Of a stretch of 64,000 nucleotides of DNA, positions 63,674 through 64,000 are shown one piece after another (within the stretch, counting starts at the first letter, position 1; every line of letters begins with the position of its first letter). The translations under genes were made by a program, and so were the position numbers. The notes below the pieces were generated by a model. That model was not told the DNA's origin, ran no database searches, and saw nothing but the letters and a program-made list of their open reading frames with translations. The stretch covers positions 71,542 to 135,541 of the forward strand of contig JAZDHZ010000027.1 of the NCBI GenBank assembly GCA_043805415.1, written 5' to 3'. Origin of the DNA: Candidatus Omnitrophota bacterium (GTDB lineage Bacteria > Omnitrophota > Gorgyraeia > B26-G9).

Positions 63674-63695
63674 TAATCGATTAACTGCTCTGGTT

Positions 63696-64000
63696 TTAAC
63701 TTTTATACAATTTCTGTGCGACTTTGCTTGCTTTCCAAAACTCATGAAAGATAAACCACTGCTTTGGGTATTTTTTGATTGTTTTTTCAATAACTTTAAT
63801 ATATTGTTCGGTTATTCTTCTAATATCCGCTTGTTCATCACCTGTTGACTCGGGATAAATCGGCTGTTCAAAAACATAGTGAAAATAACAATCATCAACT
63901 TCATCCCGGATAACAAAAGCCGGAACAATCGCTGCTTTGGTGCGCAAGCTCAAAACCGCTGGTCCTTTTGGGGCAAGCATTGTTTTGGAGAAAAAATCAA
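63696..64000 (-). CDS. Lysophospholipid/lipid A acyltransferase (LpxL/HtrB-like), C-terminal part
   Basis: DFF..PKGPAVLSLRTKAAIVP...IEKTIKKYPKQWF; N-terminus outside the window. Confidence 0.8.
   Translation of the reverse strand, partial: DFFSKTMLAPKGPAVLSLRTKAAIVPAFVIRDEVDDCYFHYVFEQPIYPESTGDEQADIRRITEQYIKVIEKTIKKYPKQWFIFHEFWKASKVAQKLYKS

Overview
AT-rich bacterial chromosomal window using the standard genetic code. Gene content and protein style suggest Candidatus Omnitrophota (PVC group); this is an inference. Most genes lie on the minus strand. Left part: a partial PIF1-like helicase, a response regulator, a marR / DUF2339 / DUF3999 / two radical-SAM / DUF748 / DUF2062 / GNAT cluster, and recN. 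From 14.3 to 24.7 kb lies an accessory region between recN and tRNA-Gln. It holds two exported proteins sharing an N-terminal L(A/S)P motif and a C-terminal 'QSI' end, an internally deleted second recN, a decayed NodI/NodJ-type ABC transporter, RhuM, AbiEii and excisionase remnants, and perR-katG. The middle has housekeeping genes (gltX, dxs, xseAB, prfB with its programmed frameshift, tRNA-Leu), a lexA-orf-dinB SOS cassette with a candidate new LexA box, an ECF sigma/anti-sigma pair and pgi. The most notable feature is a ~16.4 kb operon at 37.6-54.0 kb: MerR-like HTH, ExeA ATPase, GspC/PilP-like protein, a tandemly duplicated [secretin + coiled-coil/TPR] module, an exported protein, HD-GYP, two very long coiled-coil proteins and a TPR-Wza export protein. 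Its leader has several GGA motifs and a terminator-like hairpin. Right end: NUDIX, gap, two galT paralogs (one lacks the catalytic His), fmt, a TPR protein, priA, a small membrane protein, pcm, a GT2 and a partial acyltransferase. Several single-base homopolymer frameshifts are probably sequencing errors. All calls come from reading motifs by eye, without database searches.
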